Shown: positions 26,057 to 37,910 of the stretch, one piece after another
How positions within the stretch are numbered: position 1 is the stretch's first letter
Layout of the letters: each line of letters begins with the position of its first letter
Assembly: GCA_024704765.1 (NCBI GenBank)
Contig: JAKMXF010000021.1
Span: 1 to 64,000, forward strand
DNA from: Oopsacas minuta
Lineage: Eukaryota; Animalia; Porifera
DNA length: 64,000 nt
Direction of reading: 5' to 3'
Made by a program: the position numbers and the translations under genes
The notes under the pieces: generated by a model
Seen by the model: only the letters and a program-made list of their open reading frames with translations
Database searches by the model: none
Told to the model about the DNA's origin: nothing

Positions 26057-29000
26057 CAGACCTGGGGTTGATTACTGGTGAGTGATTATGATTATGATTA
26101 TGATTACAGGAGGAATTGCAATTGATTACAATCGATTATGATTACATGATTATGATTACGTGATTACAAATTCGCTTTCCTTTACGATCCAATTAGTCTT
26201 TCCCAAATAAGCCCCGGAGTTTCATGTGCACAAAAGGCGAGGCGCTTATTCTGAGATAAAAATATACGATATATCAAACTAGTAGAATTTGAATAAATAA
26301 GATAATATTGCATAATTCACGAATGATTCATGAAGAACTAGAGTTACATCTTATAAACATTAACTTTTCGAATAAGTGGTCAGATAAACGACATCTGTCC
26401 GGACGAAAATCCTCCCAGCTATTGAAAAAATACGCTCCACGGGAGCACTTGAGGCAGGTATTTGAAGATATTTGCATGCAAGTTTACTGAGTCCTTCGTA
26501 CTTGTACTGATTATTTTTCCAGAAGATAAGAGGTTCAGTAAACTCTGACAAACAGGGACTGTTCAAATACTCTTCGATTTTATCAATAGTATTGGTACCC
26601 AATTCCGTGCCATATATGGGAGAAACTTCCATGAAGTTGAAAAGAGCTGATCTTTTAGGGGGCGGTGACTGTTCAGGTAACGTCATAACACACACTGTTG
26701 AATCAACTGCAATTTCGTTCGCCTTTTGAAAAATGATCTTGCGTAAATTCGCTGACTCCTCTGGTGTGCACCATGCCAGTTTCCACCTTGGATCAAGAGC
26801 AGCAGCCAATTGAAATGTCAGATCTTCCTCGTATTGAGAGAGGCGCGAGTCCAGTGATGATTTCAAGGTTGCTACAAAACTGGATAGGAATATTTTCTCC
26901 AATTTGGCAAGTTCTGTTCGAAGTCCTCGAACTATAGGAAGAACAACACTGGCAGTTACTTTTTTTCCTCCCGTGTTAAATCTGTCACCCATTGGAATGG
27001 AGTTAAGACTTCCAGCAAATCCTTCGTAGTATTTGTCTCACTAACTGTCAATTTTCCACTATATTCCAGCTTCTTCATATTTTCATCAGAAGTATCAAGT
27101 AATGATTTGATCATTGTTAATTGCGAATTCCACTGTGTTACGTTGGCGATCTGTAATTTATGATCGTTTTCGTGGAGTTCACAAGGTTGTGATGAATGAC
27201 GAACATGAGAGATGAGTTTTGAAATCTTCCCTAGTACTCTCCGAATATGCCCAGCATTTTTCAGGGCATCCTTTATAACTAGTTATAGCGTGTGATCAAA
27301 GCAAGCATGATGCCTTGGGACTATTTGATGGAATTCCAATTGATTTAATAATCCTTCAGTTTCTATAATCTCGAGATCATCAATGTTGCTATGGTCATCT
27401 TCTTCTCCTGCGGTATCATCTTCAAAACAACTAATCTCGAGAAGACGGAACGCTTTCTTCATGTTACTGGCGTTATCAGTGATAACTCTGTCGACTTTGC
27501 CACTGATATTAAATGATGTCACAATCTCCTCAAAAAGTTGAGTAATACGTTCCCCAGTGTGCGATCCGCGAAAGCGATGACATGACAACATGGCACACTG
27601 TAGCTTGAAATCAACAATAAAGTGACAGGTTACTCCAAGATATGATCGCATTTGTCTGTTCGACCATATATCAATTGTCAAACAAACCTGTGACGAAACG
27701 CTCAACAATTTCACAATATCTGCATAAATATTTTGGTAGCGTTGAGGTATTAATTTGGTGCTTAGATGTTTCCTAGAGGGCATACTATATCGTGGCTCAG
27801 CTTTCTGGAGCACATTTCGGAAAGCTTTACTTTCAACCACAGAGAGAGCCTGTAGATCATCAGCTACAAAGCTAACAATTGCATTCGTAATCTCTTCTTG
27901 CTTCCCTCGATCAGTGGAACGCCATTTTTTAACTGTTGTATCTTCGAAAAAATATGATATTTCTTGCGTAGAATCAGACTTTGGGGTAGCACTGTATAAA
28001 GATTGATGGACATCTGGATGTTTTCTCTAAATACAATATAATTGATAAATCGGGAATGTATAAGTATTACTAGACTATATATTATATATTTATCCCACAA
28101 TATTCCAAAATGTACTGTCACGCCATAACTAGTCCAGGGGGACCAGTTATGGTCAACTATAGTGTGGTCCGAGACAAAATGAAACTTCAATATTCGAAGA
28201 ATCTAGTATTCTAAAACTAGGGAAAAACCAACGAATGGCCTTACAAGCCAAAGTCATTTGGTACATACTACCACGGGTAGATTTACAAAAGATAGGGTTA
28301 ACAAAAGGGTCGAAACGGGTCTATAAAAACTTGGACATTATTTCAACTCTTGTTATTTCGTGACATATAGGAATCGATTTCACTTGGAATAAGCGAAGTC
28401 ATTTGCATTCATTATCACAGTAGTCCGCCCGATCCATATCGATATAACCGGGTATTTCATATGTCCGAACTCGATATAACATGAGTTGTCAGTAATGTAA
28501 ATCAGACAACAGCAATTGTAACAAGAAACACAAAAAAACGAACTGTAGAAAAAGAAATATACCTTCAAATGTGTAATCAGGTTGGAAGTAATTTTTCCCT
28601 TAATGGATACATCAAATCCACAATACTTACATCTCGCTTTGTGTGTTTCAGAAGCTGATGTTTCTGAAAGAGCATGAAAATGGGAGAAAACAGGTGATGG
28701 TGAGGCCATTATCGATAAGAAATATTGCTAAAATTAAATAGGCTACTTTGAGAAAAATTTATAAATAAAGTTTGAGGTATGGTTTTATATGAATAAACCT
28801 AAGGATATTATGAATTGAAAATATATCTCTTCAGTCTTCACCTAAATGATTTATGATAATAATTAATAATAATGATAATAATAAAATAAATTTATATACG
28901 GTATATACCACTAGAAAGCTCTTTGTAGGATGGGGTAAGGGAAATCGCAACCGATGGACCTTCTACAACTCAGTGCCAAACTGCAAACCTGGGATGATTA

Positions 29001-29094
29001 CTGATGAGTGATTATGATTATGATTATGATTACAGGAAAAGTTGTAATTGATTACAATTGATTACGATTGTAATCATAATCAGCCCCAGGCCTG
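26057..29094 (-). mobile_element. hAT transposon (3038 bp) with 8-bp TSD
   Basis: TIRs CAG(A/G)CCTGGGG(T/C)TGATTA, exact TSD GTTATGAG at 26049-56 and 29095-102, GATTA(T/C) subterminal repeats. Confidence 0.95.
26330..28709 (-). pseudogene. hAT transposase (BED finger, ZBED1/ZBED4-like), one intron, frameshifted
   Basis: BED finger CKYC...TSNLITHLK|RKH joined across a GT-AG intron at 28562-28027. Catalytic-region motifs LTIDIWS, ITDNASN, CFDH, LDPR and SAPVERIFS. Confidence 0.92.
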
Positions 29095-30639
29095 GTTATG
29101 AGGAAAATCAATTCCATCCATGGCAACAACCGAGATGTGAAAGGTATTAAGAAGAAGTGGAACAATCTAAAAGGTTCCGCAAAAGTTCATGTGGATTCCA
29201 TTCCAAGGGAAGCGAGGAGGACAGGAGGAGGGCCAAATGAAGCTGCTGAAGTGGAGGATGAAGACATCCGGATCCTTAGCTCCGATAGGGAAATATCCAC
29301 ATCTGTGACGGAGAGAGTATCACAGCTGTTCTCAAGTACGCCAGCGTTCTCTGGAATATGTGGTAGTGCTGATATGTTTCAAGCCCCAACAACATTGCCT
29401 TTACACGCTGAGATTAGCGAAAGCAGAGAAGTAACACCAGTGTTTGATGGATCAGAAGTTACTGTAATTAACAGTCGTCCAGAGGGAAGGCGTAGGCGTA
29501 AGAGGAGCATCGAACAGTCAACGAAGGTCTCTGATTTACTTCTTCTGCAACGAGAAGTGCTCCTTAAACAGATGGAAGTATTCTCGGCTCAACTACAGCT
29601 GATTGAAGAGCAGAGGGAGTATTATCGTCATAAAAAGCAGAGACTTTTAGAAAAAGATCAACAGCAGCAGCTTTAGATATACAATTTAGCCATATTGTAA
29701 CATCATAGAAAATCATAATTTATAGTGAAAGTATGAATTAATCAAAGAAAACGAGTGACTGAAGTGACTACATCAATGTTATCGATAAATATAATATGTT
29801 TGGAAACTTAAAATAGAGCTTGAATAACTTAAGCAACCTCGGTAGGTTACTTAACCTTTGTACTTAAATACATACTTAAGTATGAGCTTAAATCTTAGTG
29901 AATACCAATCTTAGTGAATACGGTTTAAGTATGTACTTAGTACTTAAGTACTAAGTACATACTTAAGTATGCTTAGTGAATACGGCCCCTGGGCTTGTTG
30001 GTGAAATATTTGAAAATTTGCTAGAAAATCGGTCAAGTTGAAACCTGAACAGGACGATGGCTACGGCCCTAATATATTGTACAAACGTGTGACTCTAGCC
30101 AGTGGCTATATTTCTAAGTCAATTATATTTTAAATATCCTTCCAGAGGTGGTTTAACAGTATTTCCAGAACATCAGAAGGATCTAAATCGATCTCAGGAA
30201 GTAGTATGTGTTAGGTTCAGGTGAATTATAGGTAGGAAATTATTCATATGTATGTCACAAAGAAATACAAGCAAAATCTTGATAACTAAGAGCTTGATAC
30301 ATCACTCTGCTCGAGGCTTGTAAATACAGTTAATTAACAATTAGATGAAACCCAACAATAAACTTCAATTTCTTATAGACATGATCATGTAAGAATTTAA
30401 GATAAGTTTGAAATAGTTTGACGTGATGGCCTCTGGACATTTACCAGATTGCGGAACAATAGATAGTTAAATTCAAACACAAATCATATATATCGGCAGA
30501 GCAGTGCAAATAATATGATGCTTAGAAAATCCAAAAGGATCAACACGCCGTGCCAAAATCGTGTTAGGTGTTAATTTACGTAGAAGACTAACTTGTCGAG
30601 CAAGGCGAAAATACTCTTCCCTGTATGGCAAAAATAAGG

Positions 30640-31418
30640 CCTGGGGGCCTTACAGATACTTAAATAAATTCAGGAAATACAAACATATAAGGATGGATAA
30701 GTTGCTCGATCGTCTAAACACAAATGTGGCTTATTACATTCTACGTTATATAAACTGAATTGATTCATCAAGCACAATTTCAATGAAATCCATGAAGATT
30801 TAGTAGACCACAATATATTATCATACTTGTGCTGAATCTTGGTGCTTTTTTCCGGTTTTCGTCCAAATTTGATAAAGATGCAGTATCATCATGTCTAGAA
30901 TTCTGAAAACTTGGATTGAGTAGTTTAGGGGGTGGCTTCATGTCGGTGAATAAAACTATTCCAAAAACAATCTAGTACAGTTTAGGAAAAATTCGTGAAC
31001 ATTGTTGAAGTCGGCGCTGGTATAACACCATCGAGTGGAGCGATATTTAGTAATATCTTCCAAACTATACAAGATTGGTCATCAAAGTGTTGTTTATATC
31101 CATAATTGAGTACAAAACTGGAAAACCATGTTGTCTGATTTTTGGCATACAGGGGTATTTGAGCCTGTCTCGGACAATGTTCCGAGGAACTAACAAATGC
31201 TACATAGAGGCTCGTGTAATGTTACGGAATGTCATTAAATGGAATTTAGATAAACCATGGATAATAAAAAAAATTTCCTAAAAGTTTCACCTCAAGGCAC
31301 GTAGTGGCAAGATAACCAATCGAGTACCGACAAGAAGAACAAAGAAATTTACTTGTTACTTATGCTCATCTAAGGCACTGAGGTGTGGGGCAGCAACTTA
31401 GCAAGCGATGCAATCTAG
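30640..31418 (+). mobile_element. Helitron-like family copy, long form
   Basis: Paralog of 14.7-15.7 kb (shared AAATCCATGAAGATTTAGTAG, CGTCCAAATTTGA and TTCATGTCGGTGAA). Ends TTAGCAAGCGATGCAATCTAG|T. Confidence 0.6.
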
Positions 31419-31420
31419 TA

Positions 31421-33398
31421 TCTATAGTATATAAAAAGCGCGATAAATCTATGTGTAAATATCTGTGTGTAAATATTACAAGGGTTGTTCAATAAGTAAT
31501 GAGACTAATGTATCGAATCCATATTCTAGGTAACACGGCTCTAAGCCTAATATCAGATTACAAGCCTAACTTGATTGTAAAATTTTGATACAATATACTC
31601 TTTACCTACTAGCATATTCTTCAGTATAATGTTTCATTTGTATAGGCTACTTTTTTCAACTAATGGATTTCAGCAAAGAAGGAAAACGACAAATAATTTA
31701 GTACCTGTGGAAAAAAGGGGAAGACTGGTTCATACATTCTCCGTGAAATGTAGGATGTTTTCGGTGATGAATGTCCTTCGAAAGCCACCATATATAGATG
31801 GATCGAACGTTTTGACAATGGTGATGAGGAACTCAACGATGACCCTCGTCCAGGTCGTCCGACTACCTCAAAAACCCGCGTTCATATCGAGAGGGTCCAA
31901 ACAATTTTGGACAAGGACAGACGAATAACCCTGCGAGAGTTAGAAGAGATGGTAGGTATATCAAAAGCCACACTACACTTAATTATCGCTGAAGATCTGG
32001 AAATGTCGAAGGTAACTGCGCGTTGGGTCCCAAAACTTCTTTCAAAAGAACAAAAACGCGAAAGGGTCAGAGTTACCAAAGGATTACTATGAAGATACAA
32101 GGCAGGGGAGGACTTTTTGGATCGTATAGTAACGGCCTAACGGGGGATGAAACTTGGTTTCATTATTATGAACCAGAGAGCAAAACTCAATCGAAGCAGT
32201 GGAAAGACATGATGAACCTGTACTTATCAAGGTAAAGGCCCCACAATCAGCAGGGAAGAGAATGACAACAGTATTTTGGGTAGGGAAGATTATACCTCGA
32301 CTGGTTGCCTGAGAAGACAACCATAAACAGTGATTATTACATTGACGAATTGAAAGAATTGCGTCAAGCGATTAAACGTGAGAGGCGAGGCAAGTTGACA
32401 CGTGGCGTATTGCTGCAACATGATAACGCAAGGCCCCATGTAAGCTCCAAGATAATGGCTGCAATTGTCAACTTAGGATTTGAATGCCTCCCTCATCCCC
32501 CGTATAGTCCAGACCTGGCTCCCAACGACTACTGGCTGTTTTGAGGGATGAAGAGACTTCTTCGTCAAGGGAAGAGATTTGAGGATTTCAAACGGCTGGA
32601 GTATGAAATAAATCAGTGTGAAACAGGGACCCCTAAAGAATTCTATACCACTGGGTTGGAAAAGTTGCCAGAACAATGAAAACGATGTATAAAATTAAAG
32701 GGGGAATTTATCGAAACATTTGAGAATCACTTATGATAAGTATAGGGTTACTATATGAATTTCAAAAACCCTCATTATTTATTGAACAACCCTTGTATTT
32801 GTATGTCCACAATTATTTGAAGAAACTAGAAGATTCTTTGAGCTGACATCTGGGACACAGTGGTATTTTTGGCCCTGCTGAAATAATTCGAGTCTTGGAC
32901 GACAATTCACAAATTCTATGCAATTATGACGTTACCTATCAAGTATTTGGATACCCGAAAATCGAATTAATTGCTACTGCTCAGCAAATATACATAATAG
33001 AAGTTCTTAGAAACAGGCAGCCCACATTGGGACAAATGTCATGATGTCATGATTACGATTTAAAACTAACTCACAATGGGATTATAGGTCATCATGACTG
33101 TAAATAAATCAGATTTATAAATATTTCGATATTTTATGGTAATTTCAGAATAACCGAGACAGGAACTGTCCAGAATACTAACCAAAAGTGACCTAGCAGC
33201 TCCAGTTTTAACACAGAAAGTTATTGGATGTAATATCGATGGAACAAATCTCTACAATAGTATAAATCCGAGGCAGGAAATGCCGTGGTCATCGCGTAGT
33301 GTAGCGACCAAAAGCACTAAAAACTCACCTGTTCAATACTTAATCTAACATGAAACGCTAAGCTGTCGCACAGTGACCTAGCAAGTGGAGCGGGCTAG
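31421..33398 (+). mobile_element. Complete short Helitron-like element (~660 bp) interrupted by a mariner
   Basis: 5' A|TCTATAG, 3' CTAGCAAGTGGAGCGGGCTAG|T, no TSD. Removing 31479-32797 restores continuity with the 15730 copy. Confidence 0.7.
31479..32795 (+). mobile_element. mariner (DD34D) transposon, full length, degenerate ORF
   Basis: 25-bp TIR CAAGGGTTGTTCAATAA(G/A)TAATGAG, TA duplication at 31477-8 and 32796-7. Motifs WVPKLL, TGDETW, QHDNARPH and PYSPDLAPNDYWLF. Confidence 0.95.
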
Positions 33399-33512
33399 TA
33401 TAAATTATTTGTATTTATTAAAGAGATATTAATCCATTATGCAATATTGTAGGTGGGGATAAGAGAATATTTTATAGGGGTCATTCTATAGTATAAGATC
33501 AGCCAACAGGTG

Positions 33513-36500
33513 CTCAGTGGTTTAGGAGCAAAGAATAGACAAAAAATTAATCCGTAGTTGATGGTTTTATTTCATTTTATATTGTTTAATGATTCTCATT
33601 TAAATATCTAAGCGATTGAGACCCTAGAAGCTGTAAAATTTCTTCATCAAAGATGCGAAATATTTCTAGGAAAATTGCGGCTTCATGATTTCTAAATTCA
33701 GCCCGAATTTCAAATGAACCTGTAAGAGCAATTACATAATCGAATGTTACTGATCTGGTATACTTTATACATTTCGACTATGCTAATTCTAAATATCTTG
33801 TTTCCATGACTGTATCTTGTATATATTTCGCGAACATAAGATGTCTAAAATCTAGTAAATCCGTACAGAATTGTTACAAAGAGGAATACTTAAAGTGTCA
33901 GGAAAAATAAACACCACAAAACAACAGCACAAAATAAAGTGGATGCACGCATTACGATTCCTAAAAACATAATCTAAAACCACAAAACCCGAAACAGTGC
34001 GCAACATATAATTTTCAATAACATTCCATTACAACTTTTCATTGGAGGAAATTCCCATTGTAGCATACTCCAACAATGGAATGAAATAGTATTGAATTTC
34101 GTTCTTAAAATTTATTATAGTGAGTTATATATATAATCTACAGAATAATACAACATATTTTTCGGAAGTTCTTGAAAACAATGATAGAAGAGTTAACTTG
34201 CCCAAAGTCACGCCTTGAATTGGCAAGAATCCTGAAAGACAATAATAATTGTGACTTGAAAACGGCAAAATTTTGCAAAGAACAATTTGAAATACACTCA
34301 GATAATACGAAACTCTTGGGAACGTTGCCGTTAAGAATTCGGGAGAGATTCAAGAAGGCGAAGAGATCTTTAGATTGTTTAGAAGGAGAATGTTGGCATT
34401 CTAACATTTCCATGAAACATGAGTTACAGAAAATTCGTAGTTCTGATTTACTAGATTCGTCTTCTGATGATGGTGAAGTTCCCATTCATTCAGTGAGACA
34501 TAGGCAGAATCTTGATGGTCTCTCTCTGCAGCAACAACGTACTCGATTGTCAAGTCTGCTAGACTGCATTAAGCCACTCTCAGTTATTGAGAATATTGCA
34601 GAAATAAGCATTGCAGCAATCTCATTACAACTATTAGCAAATGAGGAGAATAATCGTCAGGTTGCAACGGTAGCCAAAGAGATTATTGTCAGTGGAGGAT
34701 TCTGTAACCGCAGTAACAAGCATGTTCCAGTTGACAAAGCCGTATTCCTGCTGGATTTAATTGAAGTGGGCAGACGAAAATACACTCAACTACGACAAAC
34801 ACTTCTACCAGACAATATGCATTTTCCATCATACAGCAAGTTAGCTATTCTGAGAGATGTCATGATTTCACGATCCAGTATAACTTTATACCCTAATCCA
34901 ACTAAACCAAAATGTATACACGCACCATATTGTCTTCAAGTTCAGAAAACCCTAGAAAGAATATTGTCAATGGTAGATCGCCCCACAAGTGGGGAATTCA
35001 CACTCACATTCAAAATCGCAGATGGCTTAGATGGTTCTGGTTGTCACACTATCTACAACCAGCAGGCAACTAATACTTTTACCAAAACTTCATTCTGTTT
35101 TGTTTCGAGCCCATCTCCATCTCCACTGTAACAAACAGGATTGTTTGGCAGAATAAATCCCCTAATTAACCCCTCTCTCAAAGACCTATTTTTCTCTGCG
35201 CTGCGACAGAATGCGAAGAAAATATTCGTTCCTTCATGGAAACTATGATTAATCCCGATATAGCGATGTTACAAAATGGGATTCCTTTAGAAAATGGCGT
35301 TGTCAATGTCGATATTATCCACTCAATGTTTGATGAGAAGATGGCAGCCATTCTCTCTGGAGCTGGAGGAGCCAGTTGTCAGATGTGCACTGCCACACAT
35401 AAAGATTTGAAAGACCGGAATTTAGTTCTTGAAGGGTTCCCCATCAACAGAAATATCACAGATGCAATCGAGTTATTCTCGCACATTGATGACTTTGAGT
35501 CGTTCTTTGCTCTTTCTACTAATGAACACTTCAATTTAACTCATCAAACAATTTCAGAGATTAACATACATCCAGCATCTCCACTTCATTCATACACAGG
35601 CGATTTGGGTAAGTGATCTGGTACTCAATTAACCATTCAGAAATTATCTTTACATAATTAAACAAATTTTAGGTGGTTCAATTTGTTGGTATATCATCTT
35701 CGCATCAAAAAGTTTACCTGTTCGCCAATTTCACCAGTTATCAAGGAGTCAATGAAATTTCTTCAAACACTTATTCAGGCGAAGACAGGATTAAAGGTTG
35801 ACCAGCCTAATTTTTAGCGGTGGAACCATCTCAACAGGGAATGTTGCTAGAAGAGCCTTTTCTGATGAAACTGAATACCTTGATTGCATTCTATCATCTG
35901 TAGCAATACAATATTGCCCAATCTTATCAAAGATACATACTCAGTTTTCAGCAATTCTTCGGGTTTTCAATTCAAGTCACAAAGTTAACACTTTAGAATT
36001 GGGGAAATTGTGCAAGGATATCTACCTTGTAATCTTAGATTCTTTCCCCTGGATTAGCATGACTCCAACCCTGCATAAGCTCTTGGCCCATTCCGAGGAG
36101 TTAACACGCGAGTCGAATTCTAGCTATGGCTTAAAGGCATTTTCAGAAGAAGTCACATAATCATGTAACAAATTAATTAGAAAATATGGGGAGAATTTAG
36201 CTCGTAAAGTTAGTTTTGAGGCCAATATTATGGATATCTTCGTCAGATTAACCTCTCAAAGTGATCCAAACTTAGTAAACTATCGAAGACTTTGACTTGT
36301 GAACGATGTGGTCAATCTGGACACACAACGAAATCTAAATGCTGCAATGCTATGAACAATCAGAAAACTAGTATACAGACTTTATTCACGACTTTAACCT
36401 CCAGTACAGATTGCCTATCATGAACTTAAGTATGAATATAATGTATATTTTGTAAATCAATAAGATAAATTCCACCATATGTGTGACGTCATAATTCTGA

Positions 36501-36816
36501 AGACGCCATAACTCTATAAATACAAGCCCTATAACAAAATTTTAAGTTCAAGGTGATGGCCAAATACGGATAACCCATATGTAATTAATAGATTTCATAT
36601 GGCGATAAAGTCGACTAAAATGGATTTATTGAAGAAAAATTTAAAATTTCACATATATCAATGACGTCATAACTTGGCAGTTTTAAGCCATATACTTGTT
36701 ATGACAAGATGCATTGGTTCCTTATGTATAATAATCTATATGTATAAATTCATTTCATATGGCTATCTCACACCAAAATAGCTATTCTCTACTAACTGGC
36801 CTATTAAACCACTGTG
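33513..36816 (+). mobile_element. RAG1-like / Transib transposon, full length, with 5-bp TSD
   Basis: Ends CTCAGTGGTTTA and (rc) CACAGTGGTTTA. Exact TSD AGGTG at 33508-12 and 36817-21. Encodes a RAG1-core-like transposase. Confidence 0.92.
34172..36423 (+). pseudogene. RAG1-like transposase (NBD-like region, DDE core, ZnC2/ZnH2, C-terminal CxxC-GH tail), disrupted
   Basis: RQNLDGLSLQQQRTRL (NBD-like), GLDGSGCH (first D), MFDEK (second D), CQMC plus LHKLLAH (zinc), SEEVT*SCNKLIRKY (third catalytic Glu position is TAA at 36158-60), CERCGQSGHTTKSKC. GT-AG intron at 35609-35672. Confidence 0.9.
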
Positions 36817-37910
36817 AGGTGTAATTGACTTAATCAAGAATCATTTACAAAGTGCTGAATGCCCAGAAGCAGATATGGTCGAGACTTTAATACGTAAAAT
36901 ATTTACAATATGTAAGTACATAGAATATAGTTGATCCATAAATTTAATTACTTATTTGGATTGAGAAATCATCTAAGGGAACTGATAAAGGGTACTAAAT
37001 ACTTCTTATCCCATAACCGCAAGATATTGTTAACAGTTCTCTTAAGATTACTGAAAATTTACGATTAGACTTCTGTATCTCTACTATAAAAAGCAAATAA
37101 TCTGTAGATATGCATAAATGTATAGTAGGGTGCATCAGTTACCACATAAATTGAAAACAACACTTGGCTCAGAAGTTTTTATGAAATTCATATACTAAAG
37201 AATCATAATGTATAATTTCATTGGACTTCAACAAGAGTTAAGGGATGCACAATTCAATTATTCCAAAGCACAGGCATTGTAATGGGATTGTGCCGGAATT
37301 CAAGTACACTTAACGTAAAGTGTAAATCTGATAGGACTGGAAACTACATACCATATGTTAGGTGTATCTAGGATGGTATGTATCTGCTTACAATACAGAT
37401 TTACAGATAAAGGAAATAATGAGACAGGCCAATAGAATCCTATTAGAACATCCAAATTCAAACGCCTAATATCTCTAAAACAGTGCAACAATGGCGATCA
37501 AATGCATTATTAGTAGAAACAAACAACTCAAATTGCTCAAATATAAGCTGAAACACAGTAGACATATACGAAGTACACTTATCGGAAACCATTCCACAGT
37601 GGGCAAATGAGTGGAAATAGGATAAATTTTGATGTGCTCAGATCTGAATAATCTGTTTTAACTAAATTCCTTACCTCCTAATACCTAGGCAGCCAAATTT
37701 TAAGACTTCAATGTCATCAGATACTTGAGTCATTTTGCTCTAATAGAATGTATATTTATCGAGGCCAAAATAGCATTTGATATTAGTGGTGAGCACACAA
37801 GTTTAATTGTGGTAAATTGCTAGACTAGTGATAATAAGCAAACTTTGCCTTTTCATTGTATAGTATATACACTTAGCTGTAGTTCTTTCATGTATTAGAG
37901 CTTGGTTCTA

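Larger units (their letters stand above)
25880..29676 (+). pseudogene. Harbinger Myb/SANT-like DNA-binding gene split by the hAT insertion (parts ~25880-26056 and 29103-29676)
   Basis: The 5' part reads KGRKIN*TEEEYTLIEAIQDAGDILRG. The 3' part reads RKINSIHGNNRDVKGIKKKWNNLK...RRTGGGP and ends in a coiled-coil. The parts join across the TSD GTTATGAG. Confidence 0.85.
24230..29988 (+). mobile_element. PIF/Harbinger transposon containing a nested hAT
   Basis: TIRs (GG/CC)GCCGTATTCACTAAGCATACTTA, 3-bp TSD CTG at 24227-9 and 29989-91. Two genes, transposase plus Myb/SANT protein, as expected for Harbinger. Confidence 0.92.

Noticed and set aside
26070-26170. GATTAT/GATTAC tandem repeats as a CRISPR-like or satellite array
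   Set aside because: These are hexamer subterminal repeats of the hAT, with no unique spacers and no cas genes. The sequence is eukaryotic.
36423-36816. RAG2-like gene inside the RAG1-like transposon
   Set aside because: Only about 390 bp of AT-rich sequence, with no ORF or kelch-like pattern on either strand.
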